DNA from: Anaeromyxobacteraceae bacterium
GTDB lineage: Bacteria > Myxococcota > Myxococcia > Myxococcales > Anaeromyxobacteraceae
Assembly: GCA_047602405.1 (NCBI GenBank)
Contig: JASGHJ010000002.1
Span: 2,848,001 to 2,912,000 of the forward strand
Direction: 5' to 3'
Length of the DNA stretch: 64,000 bases
How positions within the stretch are numbered: position 1 is the stretch's first letter; every line of letters begins with the position of its first letter. A model generated the notes under the pieces. That model had not been told where the DNA came from and ran no database searches. It saw only the letters and a program-made list of their open reading frames with translations. The translations under genes were made by a program, and so were the position numbers. Of the stretch, positions 43,114 to 53,958 are shown piece by piece.

Positions 43114-44958
43114 GTCGCCTTGACCGCCTCGGCCAGCCTGTCGGCGTGCTCACCCACGATGAGGTGGAGGATACCAGGTCCGGCCTGCATCACCGCCATG
43201 ACGCCCGCGCCGCGGGCGCCCGGCTCGTCGAACCGGCCGGGGTCCGCGAGCACGACGCGCAGGCGCGTGAGCGCGACGGCATCGAGCGAGCGCAGGTTCT
43301 CGCGGCCGCCGAGGGCGCGAAGGAGCGGCGGAGCCGCCTCGGCGACCCAGGCGTCCGCGCCGGCCGCCGCGGCGGCGAGGCCCGGCCCCGGCGCCGGCAG
43401 GGAAGCCGGAGCGGGCGGAGCGGCCGCTTGCGCCGCCCCGTCCGCCTCGGCCCCCGCAGAGGCCGCAGTCGACGCGAGGTAGAGCTGCATGTCGGTCTTC
43501 AGGTTCTCCGACACCGGCCCGAAGATCGCCTGCACCCCGTTCCCGATGACGACCACGCCGGTGGCGCCGAGCGCCTTGAGGCGCGCCTGGTCCACCCGGG
43601 CCGGGTCGGCCACCGTGATGCGCAGGCGGGTGATGCAGGCGTCGAGGGCCTTCAGGTTCGGGCGGCCGCCGAACGCGAGCACGAGGTCGCGCGCCTTCGA
43701 GGAGCCGGCGGAGGTGGCGGCGTGGGCGGCCTGCGCGACCGGCGCGTCCTCGCGGCCCGGGGTCTTGAGGTCGAGCCAGCGGATCGCCGCGCGGAACGTG
43801 ACGTAGTAGATGCCCGCGTAGATCGGCCCGAACACCAGCACGAGCCACCACTTCTGCGAGAACGGGTTGAGGACGTTGAAGACGACGAAGTCGATCCCGC
43901 CCTGGGAGAAGGTGAAGCCCATGTGCACGCCGAGCGTCGCGAACAGGAACTGGGCGGTCGCGACGAGGAGCGCGTGCACGAGGTAGAGCTGCGGCGCCAC
44001 GAACAGGAACGCGAACTCGATGGGCTCGGTGATGCCGGTGAGGAACGAGGTCAGCGCGGCCGAGATCATCATGCCGCCGACGGCGGTGCGGTGCTCGGGC
44101 TTCGCCGAGTGCCAGATGGCGATCGCGGCGGCGGGCAGGCCCCACATCTTGAAGAGGAAGGCGCCGCCGAGGATGCCGGCGGTCGGGTCCCCGGAGAAGT
44201 AGCGCTGGATGTCGCCCGTGACGGTCTTGCCGGTCACCGGATTGACGAAGCTGCCGATCTCGTAGAAGAACGGCGCGTTCCAGATGTGGTGGAGCCCGAA
44301 GGGCACCAGCATGCGCTCCACGAAGCCGTAGAGCGTCGCCGCGAGGCGCGGGTCGCCGACCGCGGCCCAGTGGGAGAAGACGTTGATGCCGCGCCCGATG
44401 GGCGGCCAGACCACCGCGAGCACGAGGCCGAGCCCGATGGCCGAGAGCGCGGTGATGATGGGCACGAAGCGCTTGCCGGCGAAGAAGGCCAGGTAGGGCG
44501 GCAGCGAGATCCGGTAGAAGCGGTTGAACATCCACGCCGCGAGCGCGCCGGCGAGGATGCCGCCGAACACCCCGGTCTGCATGGACTTGATGCCCATGAT
44601 GGTGGCCGGCGGGATGCCCCACACCCCGGCCAGCACGCCCATGGTCGCGAGCATGACCGTGTAGCCGATCATCGCGGCGATGGCCGAGACGCCGTCGTTC
44701 TCGGTGAACCCGAGCGCGACCGCGATGGCGAAGATGAGCGGCATGTTGCCGAACACCACGTCGCCGCTCATGCGCATCAGGTCGGAGACGACCTGCGGCA
44801 TCCAGTGGAAGTTCGCCGCGCCGATGCCGAGGAGCAGGCCCGCGACCGGCAGCACCGCCACCGGCAGCATGAGGGACTTGCCGATTCTTCTGCAGGAACC
44901 CGAACGCGCCGGTGAGCGCGCCCTCCCCCGCCGGAGCCGCCGCCGCCGTCGTCGTCAT
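43110..44958 (-). CDS. ptsG: PTS glucose-family permease EIIC-EIIB plus a second EIIB-like domain (apparent frameshift near 44885)
   Basis: FGFLQK then [45 protein letters not shown]. Confidence 0.9.
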
Positions 44959-47504
44959 GTGAGCACCTTGGTCGCGGTGGCCGCGCCGGACTCGTCGAAC
45001 TGCACGAGCGCCTGGCGGACCTCCGCCGTGGTCCTGCAGCGCAGCACCTCGGTCGCGAGCTCGGAGCACTCCGAGAGCCGGTGCCGCGAGATGGCGGCCT
45101 TCACCGGCGCGATGGAGGGCACGCTCACCGACAGCTCGTCGAGGCCGAGGCCCACGAGGAGCGGGACGGCCAGCGCCTCGGAGGCGAGCCCGCCGCAGAC
45201 CCCCACCCACTTCCCCTGCTCGTGGGCGCCCTCGACCGTCATCGCCATCATCCGCAGCACGGCCGGGTGGAGCGCGTCGGCCTGGCGGGCGAGCCGGGGG
45301 TGCCCGCGGTCCATCGCGAGCGTGTACTGGGTGAGGTCGTTCGTGCCGATGGAGAAGAAGTCCACCTCGCGCGCGAGCTGCTCGACGATCACCGCGGCCG
45401 AGGGGACCTCGACCATGATGCCGACCTTCACGGCGCGGGGGATGGCCTGCTGCTCCTCGGCGAGGAGCGCCTTCGCCTGGCGCAGCTCCTCGAGCGTCGC
45501 CACCATCGGGAACATGAGGTGCAGGTTCCCGGCCGGCGCCGCGCGCAGGATGGCGCGGAGCTGGACCCGGAAGACGTCCGGATAGGCGAGGCTGACCCGG
45601 ATGCCGCGCAGGCCCAGGAAGGGGTTCTGCTCCCTCGGCAGCGGCATGTACGAGAGCGGCTTGTCGCCGCCCACGTCGAGGGTCCGCACGATGAAGCGGC
45701 GGTCGCGGCCCAGCGCCTCGGCCATCGCGCCGTACTCGGCGGCCTGCTCGTCCTCGCCCGGCGCCACGTCGCGGTCGGCGAAGAGGAGCTCGGTGCGGAG
45801 CAGCCCCACGCCCTCGGCGCCGGAGGCGAGCGCGGCCTTCACGTCCTCGAGCGTCGCCACGTTCGCGGCGACCTCGATGCGGTGGCCGTCCCGCGTGCGC
45901 GCGGGCTGCCCTGCGGCGGCCGCCTCCTGCTCGCGCCGCGCGGCCTGGTCGGCGATGCGCTGCCTCACCGCGATGACGTGCCCCTCGTCCGGGCTCACCT
46001 TCACGAGGCCGATGGCGCCGTCGATGACGACCCTCAGGCCGTTCGGCAGGCTGAGCGCGTGCTCCTCGATGCCGCACACCGCCGGGATGCCCATCGAGCG
46101 GGCGAGGATCGCCACGTGGCTCGTCGAGCCGCCGGTGGTCGTGCAGAAGCCGAGCACGACCTTCGGGTCGAGGGCGGCCACCTCGGAGGGGGTGAGCTCG
46201 TCGGAGATCAGGATTGACCCGGGCGGGATCTCCGCCTGCGCGGTCGCCGCGCCGGTGAGGAGCCCGAGGAGCCGCCCGCCAACGTCGCGGAGGTCCGCCG
46301 CGCGCTCGCGCATCAGCGCGTTCTCGAGCTGCTCGAGCTTCGCCGCCTGGCCGGTGTACGCCTCGCGCCAGGCGAAGGCGGCGCTCTTGCCCTCGGCGAG
46401 GTGCCGCTCGGTGGTCTCGATGAGGTCCGGGTCCTCGAGCAGCGCGAGCTGCACGTCCAGGATCGCGGCCTTGCCGGGGTCGGCGGCGTGGCGCTCGAGC
46501 GCGTCGATCTGCCGGGCCGCCTCGCGGACCGCGGCGGCGTACCGGGCGCGCTCCTCGTCGGGCGTGCCGCCGCGCTCTTCGACCGCGATGGCGGCGTGGC
46601 GGCGCTGGAACACCTTGCCGATGGCGAGCCCCGGCGACGCGGGCGCGCCGACGAGCTCGTTCGAGCCGCTCGGCGCGACCCGCGGGACCGGCGCGCGGCG
46701 CGCCTCGGGGGCGACCGGCGCGTCCGACGCCTTCTCCCCGAGGCCGTGGGCGACCTGGGCGGCGAGGTGGGCGACCGCCGCGGCGGCGTCGGGGCCGGTG
46801 GCCTCGAAGACCACCTGCTCGCCCTGCTGGGCCGAGAGCCCCATGATCGCGACGACCGACTTCGCGTTCACCCGGTCGGCGCCGCGCACGAGGGTGACCG
46901 ACGACTGGTACTTCTTCGCCTCGCCCGCGAGCACCGCGGCGGGCCGGGCGTGGAGGCCGACCCGGTTCGGGATCGCCACCGGGGCAGACCGCACCGTCTC
47001 GCCGGACACGCTGGCCGCGCGCGCCTGGGCGCCGCCGAGCTCCACGGTGAGGAGCACCGAGCGGCCCGCCTCGACGAGGCCCCTGGCGGCCTCGAGGCGG
47101 CTGACGCGCTCGACGTTCGTGACCACGACCTCGGTGAGCAGGCTGCGGGCGGTGCGGGCGATGGCGTCGAGGTCGAGGCGCAGCACCGGCTGGCCGCGCT
47201 CGACGTGGTCGCCGAGGGCGACGAGCGGGGTGAACCCCCGCCCGGCCAGGGTGACCGTGTCGAGGCCGACGTGGACCAGGACCTCGACCCCGGCCGCGCT
47301 CGTGATGGCGAGCGCGTGGTGGGCGGAGTGGAGCTGGGTCACGTCACCGGTGATCGGGGCGAGCACCTCGGCAGAGGTGGGGTCGATCGCCGCCCCGTCG
47401 CCGACCATCTTCCGCGCGAAGACGGGATTGGGCACCGAGTCCAGCGGCACGACCACGCCGGACAGCGGGGCGACGATCTCGATCCTCGTTGGTGATCCCG
47501 ACAT
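44955..47504 (-). CDS. Multiphosphoryl transfer protein: EIIA(Glc)-HPr-Enzyme I fusion
   Basis: VLVHVGLDTV (EIIA), GLHARPA and NAKS (HPr), TSHVAILARS, GLLRTE, RTLDVGGDK, SIGTNDLTQY (EI). Confidence 0.94.
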   Translation of the reverse strand: MSGSPTRIEIVAPLSGVVVPLDSVPNPVFARKMVGDGAAIDPTSAEVLAPITGDVTQLHSAHHALAITSAAGVEVLVHVGLDTVTLAGRGFTPLVALGDHVERGQPVLRLDLDAIARTARSLLTEVVVTNVERVSRLEAARGLVEAGRSVLLTVELGGAQARAASVSGETVRSAPVAIPNRVGLHARPAAVLAGEAKKYQSSVTLVRGADRVNAKSVVAIMGLSAQQGEQVVFEATGPDAAAAVAHLAAQVAHGLGEKASDAPVAPEARRAPVPRVAPSGSNELVGAPASPGLAIGKVFQRRHAAIAVEERGGTPDEERARYAAAVREAARQIDALERHAADPGKAAILDVQLALLEDPDLIETTERHLAEGKSAAFAWREAYTGQAAKLEQLENALMRERAADLRDVGGRLLGLLTGAATAQAEIPPGSILISDELTPSEVAALDPKVVLGFCTTTGGSTSHVAILARSMGIPAVCGIEEHALSLPNGLRVVIDGAIGLVKVSPDEGHVIAVRQRIADQAARREQEAAAAGQPARTRDGHRIEVAANVATLEDVKAALASGAEGVGLLRTELLFADRDVAPGEDEQAAEYGAMAEALGRDRRFIVRTLDVGGDKPLSYMPLPREQNPFLGLRGIRVSLAYPDVFRVQLRAILRAAPAGNLHLMFPMVATLEELRQAKALLAEEQQAIPRAVKVGIMVEVPSAAVIVEQLAREVDFFSIGTNDLTQYTLAMDRGHPRLARQADALHPAVLRMMAMTVEGAHEQGKWVGVCGGLASEALAVPLLVGLGLDELSVSVPSIAPVKAAISRHRLSECSELATEVLRCRTTAEVRQALVQFDESGAATATKVLT

Positions 47505-47599
47505 GGCCACGCTCACTTGCCGTCAACGCCCGGCTCGAAACCCTACCCAACCGCCCTGCCCCACACCAGCCCTCGCCGCGGGGGGCCCCCGCGAGACGA

Positions 47600-48781
47600 T
47601 CACCGGAAGTCGTAGCGGAGCCGCACCCGGAAGGACGTCAGGTCGTTCTCCCAGGCGGTGTTCGCGTCGACGTCCTGGAGCTGCGCGCGGCTGAAGCCCA
47701 CGACCGCCTTCACCGAGAGCCCCTCGATCGGCAGCTTGTACTGCGCGGCCACGAACGCCTGGTGGTGCTTGTCGTGGTCGCCCTTCTTGAGGTCGTCCTG
47801 GGTGAAGTGGTAGCCGCCGCCCAGCAGGAGGTCGCCGATCCAGCCCTCGGCGAAGCCGCCGAAGGTCTTGCCGTCGAGCGTCTTGTTCGCGTCGACGAGG
47901 CCGTCGATCTGGGTCGCGTCCACCGACATGAGCGTCGCGTTGGCGCCGACGGTCACGTTCGCGATGCGGTACTGGAGCCGGCCCGAGAAGCCCTTCGTGG
48001 TCTGCTCGACCTTGTTGTTGTCGGCCTGCGGCGACTCCTTGAAGTACTCGTAGCCGCCGACGAAGGTGAAGCCATACCCGCGCAGGGCGAGCACCGGCCG
48101 GATGCCGAGCTTGTTCTGCTCGGACTGCTGGCCGTAGACGCCGCCGAGCTCGAGGGCGGCCCACTCCGCCGGGTACCAGTGCGCGGCGAGCTGGCTGGGC
48201 TCGTCCATGTAGCCGAGCGCGGACTCCAGGCGGTGCATCGGCGGGCCGCCGAGCGCACCGGCCTCCTCGGCCGCGTACCGGTCGAAGCCCATGCCGCGGT
48301 AGTACGGCTCCCAGCCCAGGAACCGGCCCACCTGCACGTCCCAGGTCCGCTGGCCGATGCGCAGGAAGGCGTCCTGCGTGTGGGGCTCGTACTGGGACTT
48401 CGTGAACTCGTTGTCCATCGCCACGAACTGGGCCCGGGCCTCGGCGAAGAGCGCGCCGAGCTCGCGGCGGTACTGCACGCCGAGCACGAGGCGGCCCTGC
48501 CCGTAGTTCGCGCCCTGGTCGTAGGCGCCGGACTGCGTGTTGTTACGGGAGAGGTAGCCGACGTCGTACCAGGTGTAGCCGGACAGCCGGAGCGGCCCGG
48601 ACGGCGCCCAGGTCGGCACGGTGTACGAGTCGGTCTCCTCGCCCGGCCGGCCGGCCTCGCCGCCCCAGAAGGTGATGCGGGGGTCGGTGACGACCGGCGC
48701 GGCGGCGGGCTCCTCGGCGCGGACGGCCGGGGCGGCGAGCAGGACGGCCAGCGCGGCGGCCCACGTGATCTTGGCGTTCAT
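47600..48781 (-). CDS. Putative outer-membrane beta-barrel (porin-like)
   Basis: Signal peptide; alternating beta strands; C-terminal FRVRLRYDFR. Confidence 0.7.
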   Translation of the reverse strand: MNAKITWAAALAVLLAAPAVRAEEPAAAPVVTDPRITFWGGEAGRPGEETDSYTVPTWAPSGPLRLSGYTWYDVGYLSRNNTQSGAYDQGANYGQGRLVLGVQYRRELGALFAEARAQFVAMDNEFTKSQYEPHTQDAFLRIGQRTWDVQVGRFLGWEPYYRGMGFDRYAAEEAGALGGPPMHRLESALGYMDEPSQLAAHWYPAEWAALELGGVYGQQSEQNKLGIRPVLALRGYGFTFVGGYEYFKESPQADNNKVEQTTKGFSGRLQYRIANVTVGANATLMSVDATQIDGLVDANKTLDGKTFGGFAEGWIGDLLLGGGYHFTQDDLKKGDHDKHHQAFVAAQYKLPIEGLSVKAVVGFSRAQLQDVDANTAWENDLTSFRVRLRYDFR

Positions 48782-48808
48782 GGTGCGTGTCTCCCGAGGT
48801 GTCCCGCC

Positions 48809-51127
48809 CTACTGGACGGTGAACGTGCTGGTCTTGGTGTTGGCGTCGGTCGTGTCGGAGGACGGGCCGACCCAGAGCGGGTACTCCATCTTCTCGACGG
48901 TCATCGCCTTCGTGGCCGTGTTCCAGTAGGCGAGATCCGCCACCTTCACGGTGAGCGTCACGGTCTCCGACGCGTCCGGGGCGAGCGTCCCGGTGCGGCC
49001 GAAGGCGGCGAGCGTCTTCTTCGGGCGCCCCCAGGTGTCGTTGACCGCGGTGTTCCCGAAGCCGACGTAGAGCTGGACCACCTCGGCGCCCGCCACCGGC
49101 CCGGTGTTCTTCACGTCGACCTTCACCGTCACGGTGCCGTCGGCGGCGGCCGTGGGGGTCACGACCTGGAGGTTCGAGTACGCGAAGGTCGTGTAGCTCT
49201 GGCCGAAGCCGAAGGGGAAGAGCGGGGTCTTGTTCGCGCGATCGAGGTACCGGTACCCGTGGTAGTAGGAGTACTGGACGTCACCGATGGCGGCGTTGTC
49301 GAAGGCCGGGAGGTCCGACTCCGCCACCGGGAAGCTCTGGACCACCTTGCCGGACGGGTTGACGTCGCCGAACACGAGCTCGCCGAGGGCGGTGCCCTCG
49401 CGCATGCCGGCGAACCAGACCATGAAGACCGCGTCGACCGAGTCGATCCAGGGCTTCATGACCACCGCGCCGCCGCTCTTCACGAGCACCACGATCTTGA
49501 GCGAGGGCTTCGCCGCCTTCATGGCGATGACGGCGTTCAGGTTGTCGATGTCCCGCTGGGGCAGCGACATCGAGACGCGGTCCTTCCACTCGCCCTCCTC
49601 GCCGGCGGAGGAGCGGGCGAGGTCGGCGTAGTAGTACGCGCCCACCACGAAGACCACGTCGGAGGCCTGGATGGAGGTCTCGTTCCCCTGCACGAACTCG
49701 TAGGTCAGCGCGCACTTCGCCTGGCCGCCGCAGGAGGTCTTGGAGGTGTTGGTCGCGCCGAGGGCGTCGTAGAGCCCCTCGTACGGCGTGAACACGAGCG
49801 AGGAGTCCACGACCTTCGCGTCGGACGAGCCCTTGTCGCCCATGTTCTCCGAGTTCGCGAACTTGCCGACCACCGCGATCCGGTTCACCGCGGCGCGGGA
49901 GAGCGGCAGCACGTCGTCGGCGAGCGCCCGGGTCGGGCCGTTCCGGAGCAGCACGATGCCCTGCTCGGCCACGGTCTGGGTGAGCAGCTGCGCGTCATCG
50001 GCCTTCGTGAGCCACGGCGCCCAGTCCGCCTCCTTCGCCCACTTGTCGATCACGCCGAAGTGGACCTTCGCGTAGAGGATCCGGAGCACCGCCTCGTCGA
50101 TGAGGGCCTCGTCGACCTTGCCCTGCTCGACCGCGGTCTGCAGGAGGTTGCCGTAGAAGTAGGCGGAGTCGAAGATCGTCGGGAACGCGCCGGAGCTGAA
50201 CGGCATCTCGATGTCGAGGCCGGCCGCCGGCGAGGTGAGGGTCGCGCCCTTCGCGAACCAGTCGGAGACGACCCAGCCCTGGTAGCCCCACTCGCCCTTC
50301 AGGATGTCCCGCACCATGGCCTTCGAGTAGCCGGAGTAGCTCCCGTTGACGCGGTTGTAGGAGGCCATGACGCACGAGACGCCGGCGTCGGAGGCCTTCT
50401 TGAAGTGCGGCAGGTACACCTCGCGCAGCGTCCGCTCGTCGAGGACCGCGTTCACGTAGATGCGGGTGTCCTCGATGTTGTTCGCCGCGAGGTGCTTCGC
50501 GCAGGCCTGGATCCGGTAGTCGGCGGGGTTCTCGGGCGTCGCCTGGGCGCCGGCGATGAAGGCCTCGCCCATGACGCCGAGGAGGTGGCTGTCCTCGCCG
50601 TAGCTCTCCTGGGCGCGGCCCCAGCGCGGGTGCGTGACCTGGTTGATGGTCGGCGCGAGGAGGACGTGGCGCCCGAGGTACCGCATCTCGTCCGCCTCGA
50701 CCTTGCCGATGGCCGTCTCGAGCGACGGGTTCCAGGTGGACGCCCGGGCCTCGGCGACCGGGAAGACGGTCGTGCCGTAGTCCGAGTTCATCCAGCGCAC
50801 GCCGCGCGGGCCGTCCATGAAGCGGTACCCGGGGACCGAGAGGCGGGCGTTGTCCTCCTGGTCGAACATGTTGTTCGGGTTGTAGGCGGGCCCGGACATC
50901 TGCTGGACCTTCTCCACCAGCGTCATCTGGCGGAGGAGGTCCTTCGCACGAACCACCTCGGGGTCCTCGCAGGGCAGCCCGACCTTCTTGATGGCGGCGT
51001 CGCAGAGGTCGGGGCCGGGGCCTTCCTTGTTGATCGGGTGCGGACCCCAGGGCTCCCCGCAGCCCACGGCGGCGAGCGCCGCCGCGAGGCCGAGGGCGTG
51101 GACGAGGTGGTTCGTGCGCGTGGTCAT
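48809..51127 (-). CDS. GH3 beta-glucosidase lipoprotein with Fn3-like C-terminus
   Basis: AVGC lipobox; DGPRG, PRWGRAQESYGED, AKH, MASYN, VVSDW, GYRY, FPFGFG.SYT.F.Y. Confidence 0.93.
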   Translation of the reverse strand: MTTRTNHLVHALGLAAALAAVGCGEPWGPHPINKEGPGPDLCDAAIKKVGLPCEDPEVVRAKDLLRQMTLVEKVQQMSGPAYNPNNMFDQEDNARLSVPGYRFMDGPRGVRWMNSDYGTTVFPVAEARASTWNPSLETAIGKVEADEMRYLGRHVLLAPTINQVTHPRWGRAQESYGEDSHLLGVMGEAFIAGAQATPENPADYRIQACAKHLAANNIEDTRIYVNAVLDERTLREVYLPHFKKASDAGVSCVMASYNRVNGSYSGYSKAMVRDILKGEWGYQGWVVSDWFAKGATLTSPAAGLDIEMPFSSGAFPTIFDSAYFYGNLLQTAVEQGKVDEALIDEAVLRILYAKVHFGVIDKWAKEADWAPWLTKADDAQLLTQTVAEQGIVLLRNGPTRALADDVLPLSRAAVNRIAVVGKFANSENMGDKGSSDAKVVDSSLVFTPYEGLYDALGATNTSKTSCGGQAKCALTYEFVQGNETSIQASDVVFVVGAYYYADLARSSAGEEGEWKDRVSMSLPQRDIDNLNAVIAMKAAKPSLKIVVLVKSGGAVVMKPWIDSVDAVFMVWFAGMREGTALGELVFGDVNPSGKVVQSFPVAESDLPAFDNAAIGDVQYSYYHGYRYLDRANKTPLFPFGFGQSYTTFAYSNLQVVTPTAAADGTVTVKVDVKNTGPVAGAEVVQLYVGFGNTAVNDTWGRPKKTLAAFGRTGTLAPDASETVTLTVKVADLAYWNTATKAMTVEKMEYPLWVGPSSDTTDANTKTSTFTVQ

Positions 51128-51139
51128 CGCTTTCTCGCT

Positions 51140-53743
51140 CTAGAAGCTGTTGGTCTGGATGCCGAAGCCGCGGACGAGGGTCGCGTCCTGGCCGTCACCC
51201 GCGACGTCCGGGAGCTGCGAGCCAGCGGTCGCGTCGGAGGCCGGGAGGCCCACCGGCAGCTTGCCGCGGCCGTTCACGATGCCGAACGCGACGTCCATGG
51301 CGACCTTGTCGGAGTGCTGGTTGGCCGGGAGGATCCCCATCCAGTCGATGTAGAGGCCGCTGATCCCGAGGGCCGCGGCCTGGAGCTCGCTCACGACGAG
51401 CGGCCGGCCCGCGTCGACGAACACGACGATCTGTGCCTGCGAGGCGGGGCCGCCGCCGGAGTTCGTCGCCCACCAGGTGATGGCGTCGCGCGCCTCCTGG
51501 ACCGGCGCCAGGACGGTCGCGTCCGTGGCGCCGTAGGTGAGCGCCGGCGTCGGGAGGCTGAGCGCGCCCGCGTCGGAGTCCGCCGCGAAAGGCGCCGCGA
51601 TGCGGACGAGGACGTAGTCGGAGAGCGCGAGCCGCTGCTTGCGGGCGACCACCGGGTCCGAGGAGATGGTGAATTCCTTCACCTTCGGGGCGTCGTTGTT
51701 CATCGTCCCGTAGCCGGCGGACACCGAGCGCACGTAGTCGAGGTCGAAGTCGCCGGAGATGAAGTAGTCGCAGCCCGCAGCGACGTACGGCTCGCCCGGA
51801 GGCGCCGGGAGCACCTTCATCGTCCCGTTGCCCGCGTTGCCCTTGTCGCCCGTCTGGTGCCCGTCGCCCTTCAGCGGATCGCCGTTCAGCCAGCCCGCAG
51901 GCTTGTCCTTGTTGACGAGCAGCACCATGCCGCGGTTCATCGCGTCGAGGCCGGCCTGGAAGGCCGTGTCGGCGCCGACGAGCGTGGGCGCCAGCGCGGC
52001 GTCGACGTACGGGTTCTCGAACAGGCCGAGCTGGAACGTCACGGCGAGCACGTGGGTGGCCGCCGCCGTCACCTGGGCGTCGGACAGCCCGGCCGCGGCG
52101 AGGTCGGTGGTCGCGTTGACGCCGAGGAACTGGTCGACCCCCGCGCCCACCGCCTTCGCGATGCGCTGGGCCTTCGTCGAGCCCTCCATGCCCCAGGGCG
52201 CGCCGAGCGGGGCGACGCCGGCGTCGTTGAGGATGCCCGCCGGCGCGAGCACGAGGCCGCCGAAGGAGAAGTGGTTGCGGAGGACCGAGGTGACGATCGT
52301 CGAGTTGTAGGACGAGGCGACCTGCTCGATCGTCGAGCCGTTGACCGCGCCGGAGAGCCCGGTCCACGCGCCCTGCTTCGGCACGCCGTAGCCGGTCATG
52401 ACGCCGGCCACGCCCGCGCCGAAGGCGCCCTGGAACGCGTTCACGTGGTCGTCGAACTTGGTCGAGTAGCCGTAGTACTTGCCCTTCGAGAGGCGGGCGT
52501 CGAAGCCGTCCGCGGCCGGACCCGCGCCGGGGAAGTGGCCGACGACCGCGGCGACGCCGGTCGAGGAGAGCGCGGTGCCCTGCAGGCCCTTGACCAGGGC
52601 CGCCGCCATCGCCGACACCGAGGCGGAGTCCTCGCCGAAGGTGAACTGCGAGCTCTGGAGCCGCGGGTCGGTGGCGAGATCGGCGGGGACCGAGAGCGCC
52701 ATGGTGATGCCGATGGCGCGGTACTCCTTCGCGACGATCTTGCCGTAGTTCTCGACGAGGGCGAGGTCGCCCGTGGCGCCCAGCGCGAGCTCGTTCGGCC
52801 ACTGCGTGAAGCGATTCGCCTTCACCCGGCCGTTGCCGGTCTGGTGCGCGGCCTCGCTCGAGAGGACGAACGGCACGCCCCAGGTCGCGGCCTCGGCGCG
52901 CTCCTGGATCGCGTTGGCCCAGGTCGCGCGGTTACCCACGCCGGCCGTGTTCGCGGTGGTCTGGCCGAAGCGGATGCCGGCGTCGACGATGGCGAGCGTG
53001 CCGGCGGACGGCGTGGCGCTCGAGATGGTGTCGGAGAGGGAGGCGTGGGCGAGGAGCGCGAGCTTCTGCGCGGTGGTCATGCGGGAGGCGAGGTCGGCGG
53101 CGCGAACCGCGGCGCCCTTCGTCCAGTCCTCGTAGGGCTGCAGGGCGGCGTCACCGGACGCGTCCTTGAAGTCGAGGGAGACCGAGCACTGCACGCTCGG
53201 GTCGCCCGCGACGCTCGCGAAGGTGGTGCTGGTGGTGAGCTTCGCCTTGTGGCCGGTGCCCGTGCCGACCTTGATGACCGGCTGGGCGGCGATGAGCGCG
53301 TTCTTCTTCGCGACGTTGGCGGCCTTGTCGCACTCCGCCGTCCCCGTGCCGACGCAGAGGTTGTTCGTGCAGGCCTGGCTGGCGCCGCAGTCGGCGACCT
53401 TGTGGCAGGTCGTGCCGGGGGTCGTCTCGGGGACGCAGGTGCTCGCGCTGCCGCAGTACTGCTGCGCGGGGCAGTCGGTGTGCAGCGTGCAGGTCGGAGC
53501 CGGCGCGGTGCAGACGTGGCTCTGGCAGGTCTTCGGCGAGGCGCAGTCGACCGCGCGGTTGCAGTCGACGCCCGGGTTCGGGAACGCGGTGCAGGTCCCG
53601 CTCGCCGAGCAGAACTTCTGCGCGGCGCAGTTGTCGTCCGAGGTGCACTCCGGCCCGACGGGGTCGGGGCCGCCACCACCGCCGCAGGCCGCGAGGCCCG
53701 AGAGTGCCGCCACCGCGATGAGCCAACCGAGTCTCTTCGTCAT
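51140..53743 (-). CDS. GH3-fold lipoprotein with Cys-rich stalk and degenerate catalytic motifs
   Basis: LAAC lipobox; YEDW, ADLATDPR, HFPG, LGLFENPYVD; LAPAG replaces the xDW motif. Confidence 0.85.
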   Translation of the reverse strand: MTKRLGWLIAVAALSGLAACGGGGGPDPVGPECTSDDNCAAQKFCSASGTCTAFPNPGVDCNRAVDCASPKTCQSHVCTAPAPTCTLHTDCPAQQYCGSASTCVPETTPGTTCHKVADCGASQACTNNLCVGTGTAECDKAANVAKKNALIAAQPVIKVGTGTGHKAKLTTSTTFASVAGDPSVQCSVSLDFKDASGDAALQPYEDWTKGAAVRAADLASRMTTAQKLALLAHASLSDTISSATPSAGTLAIVDAGIRFGQTTANTAGVGNRATWANAIQERAEAATWGVPFVLSSEAAHQTGNGRVKANRFTQWPNELALGATGDLALVENYGKIVAKEYRAIGITMALSVPADLATDPRLQSSQFTFGEDSASVSAMAAALVKGLQGTALSSTGVAAVVGHFPGAGPAADGFDARLSKGKYYGYSTKFDDHVNAFQGAFGAGVAGVMTGYGVPKQGAWTGLSGAVNGSTIEQVASSYNSTIVTSVLRNHFSFGGLVLAPAGILNDAGVAPLGAPWGMEGSTKAQRIAKAVGAGVDQFLGVNATTDLAAAGLSDAQVTAAATHVLAVTFQLGLFENPYVDAALAPTLVGADTAFQAGLDAMNRGMVLLVNKDKPAGWLNGDPLKGDGHQTGDKGNAGNGTMKVLPAPPGEPYVAAGCDYFISGDFDLDYVRSVSAGYGTMNNDAPKVKEFTISSDPVVARKQRLALSDYVLVRIAAPFAADSDAGALSLPTPALTYGATDATVLAPVQEARDAITWWATNSGGGPASQAQIVVFVDAGRPLVVSELQAAALGISGLYIDWMGILPANQHSDKVAMDVAFGIVNGRGKLPVGLPASDATAGSQLPDVAGDGQDATLVRGFGIQTNSF

Positions 53744-53822
53744 GTCCTCGTCTCCTCGCTGCTGCTTCGGTGTCGGCGCGGGGGGCGCCGAGCGTCGGGT
53801 TCTTCCGCCTTCCCGGCTCCGC

Positions 53823-53859
53823 GGCCCCCCTCCCCCGCGTTGGCGGGTGGAGGGGGGCC
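53823..53859. other. GC-rich intergenic hairpin between GH3 genes
   Basis: GGCCCCCCTCC-CCCGC-GTTG-GCGGG-T-GGAGGGGGGCC. Confidence 0.55.
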
Positions 53860-53958
53860 CCGGGGCCGCGGAGAGGGCGCCCACGTCAGGAGTCCGGGCT
53901 CCCCGGCGTGGCGCGCCTTCTCCGGCGGCTTTGCTGCTACTGCACCTTCACGTGCGGG

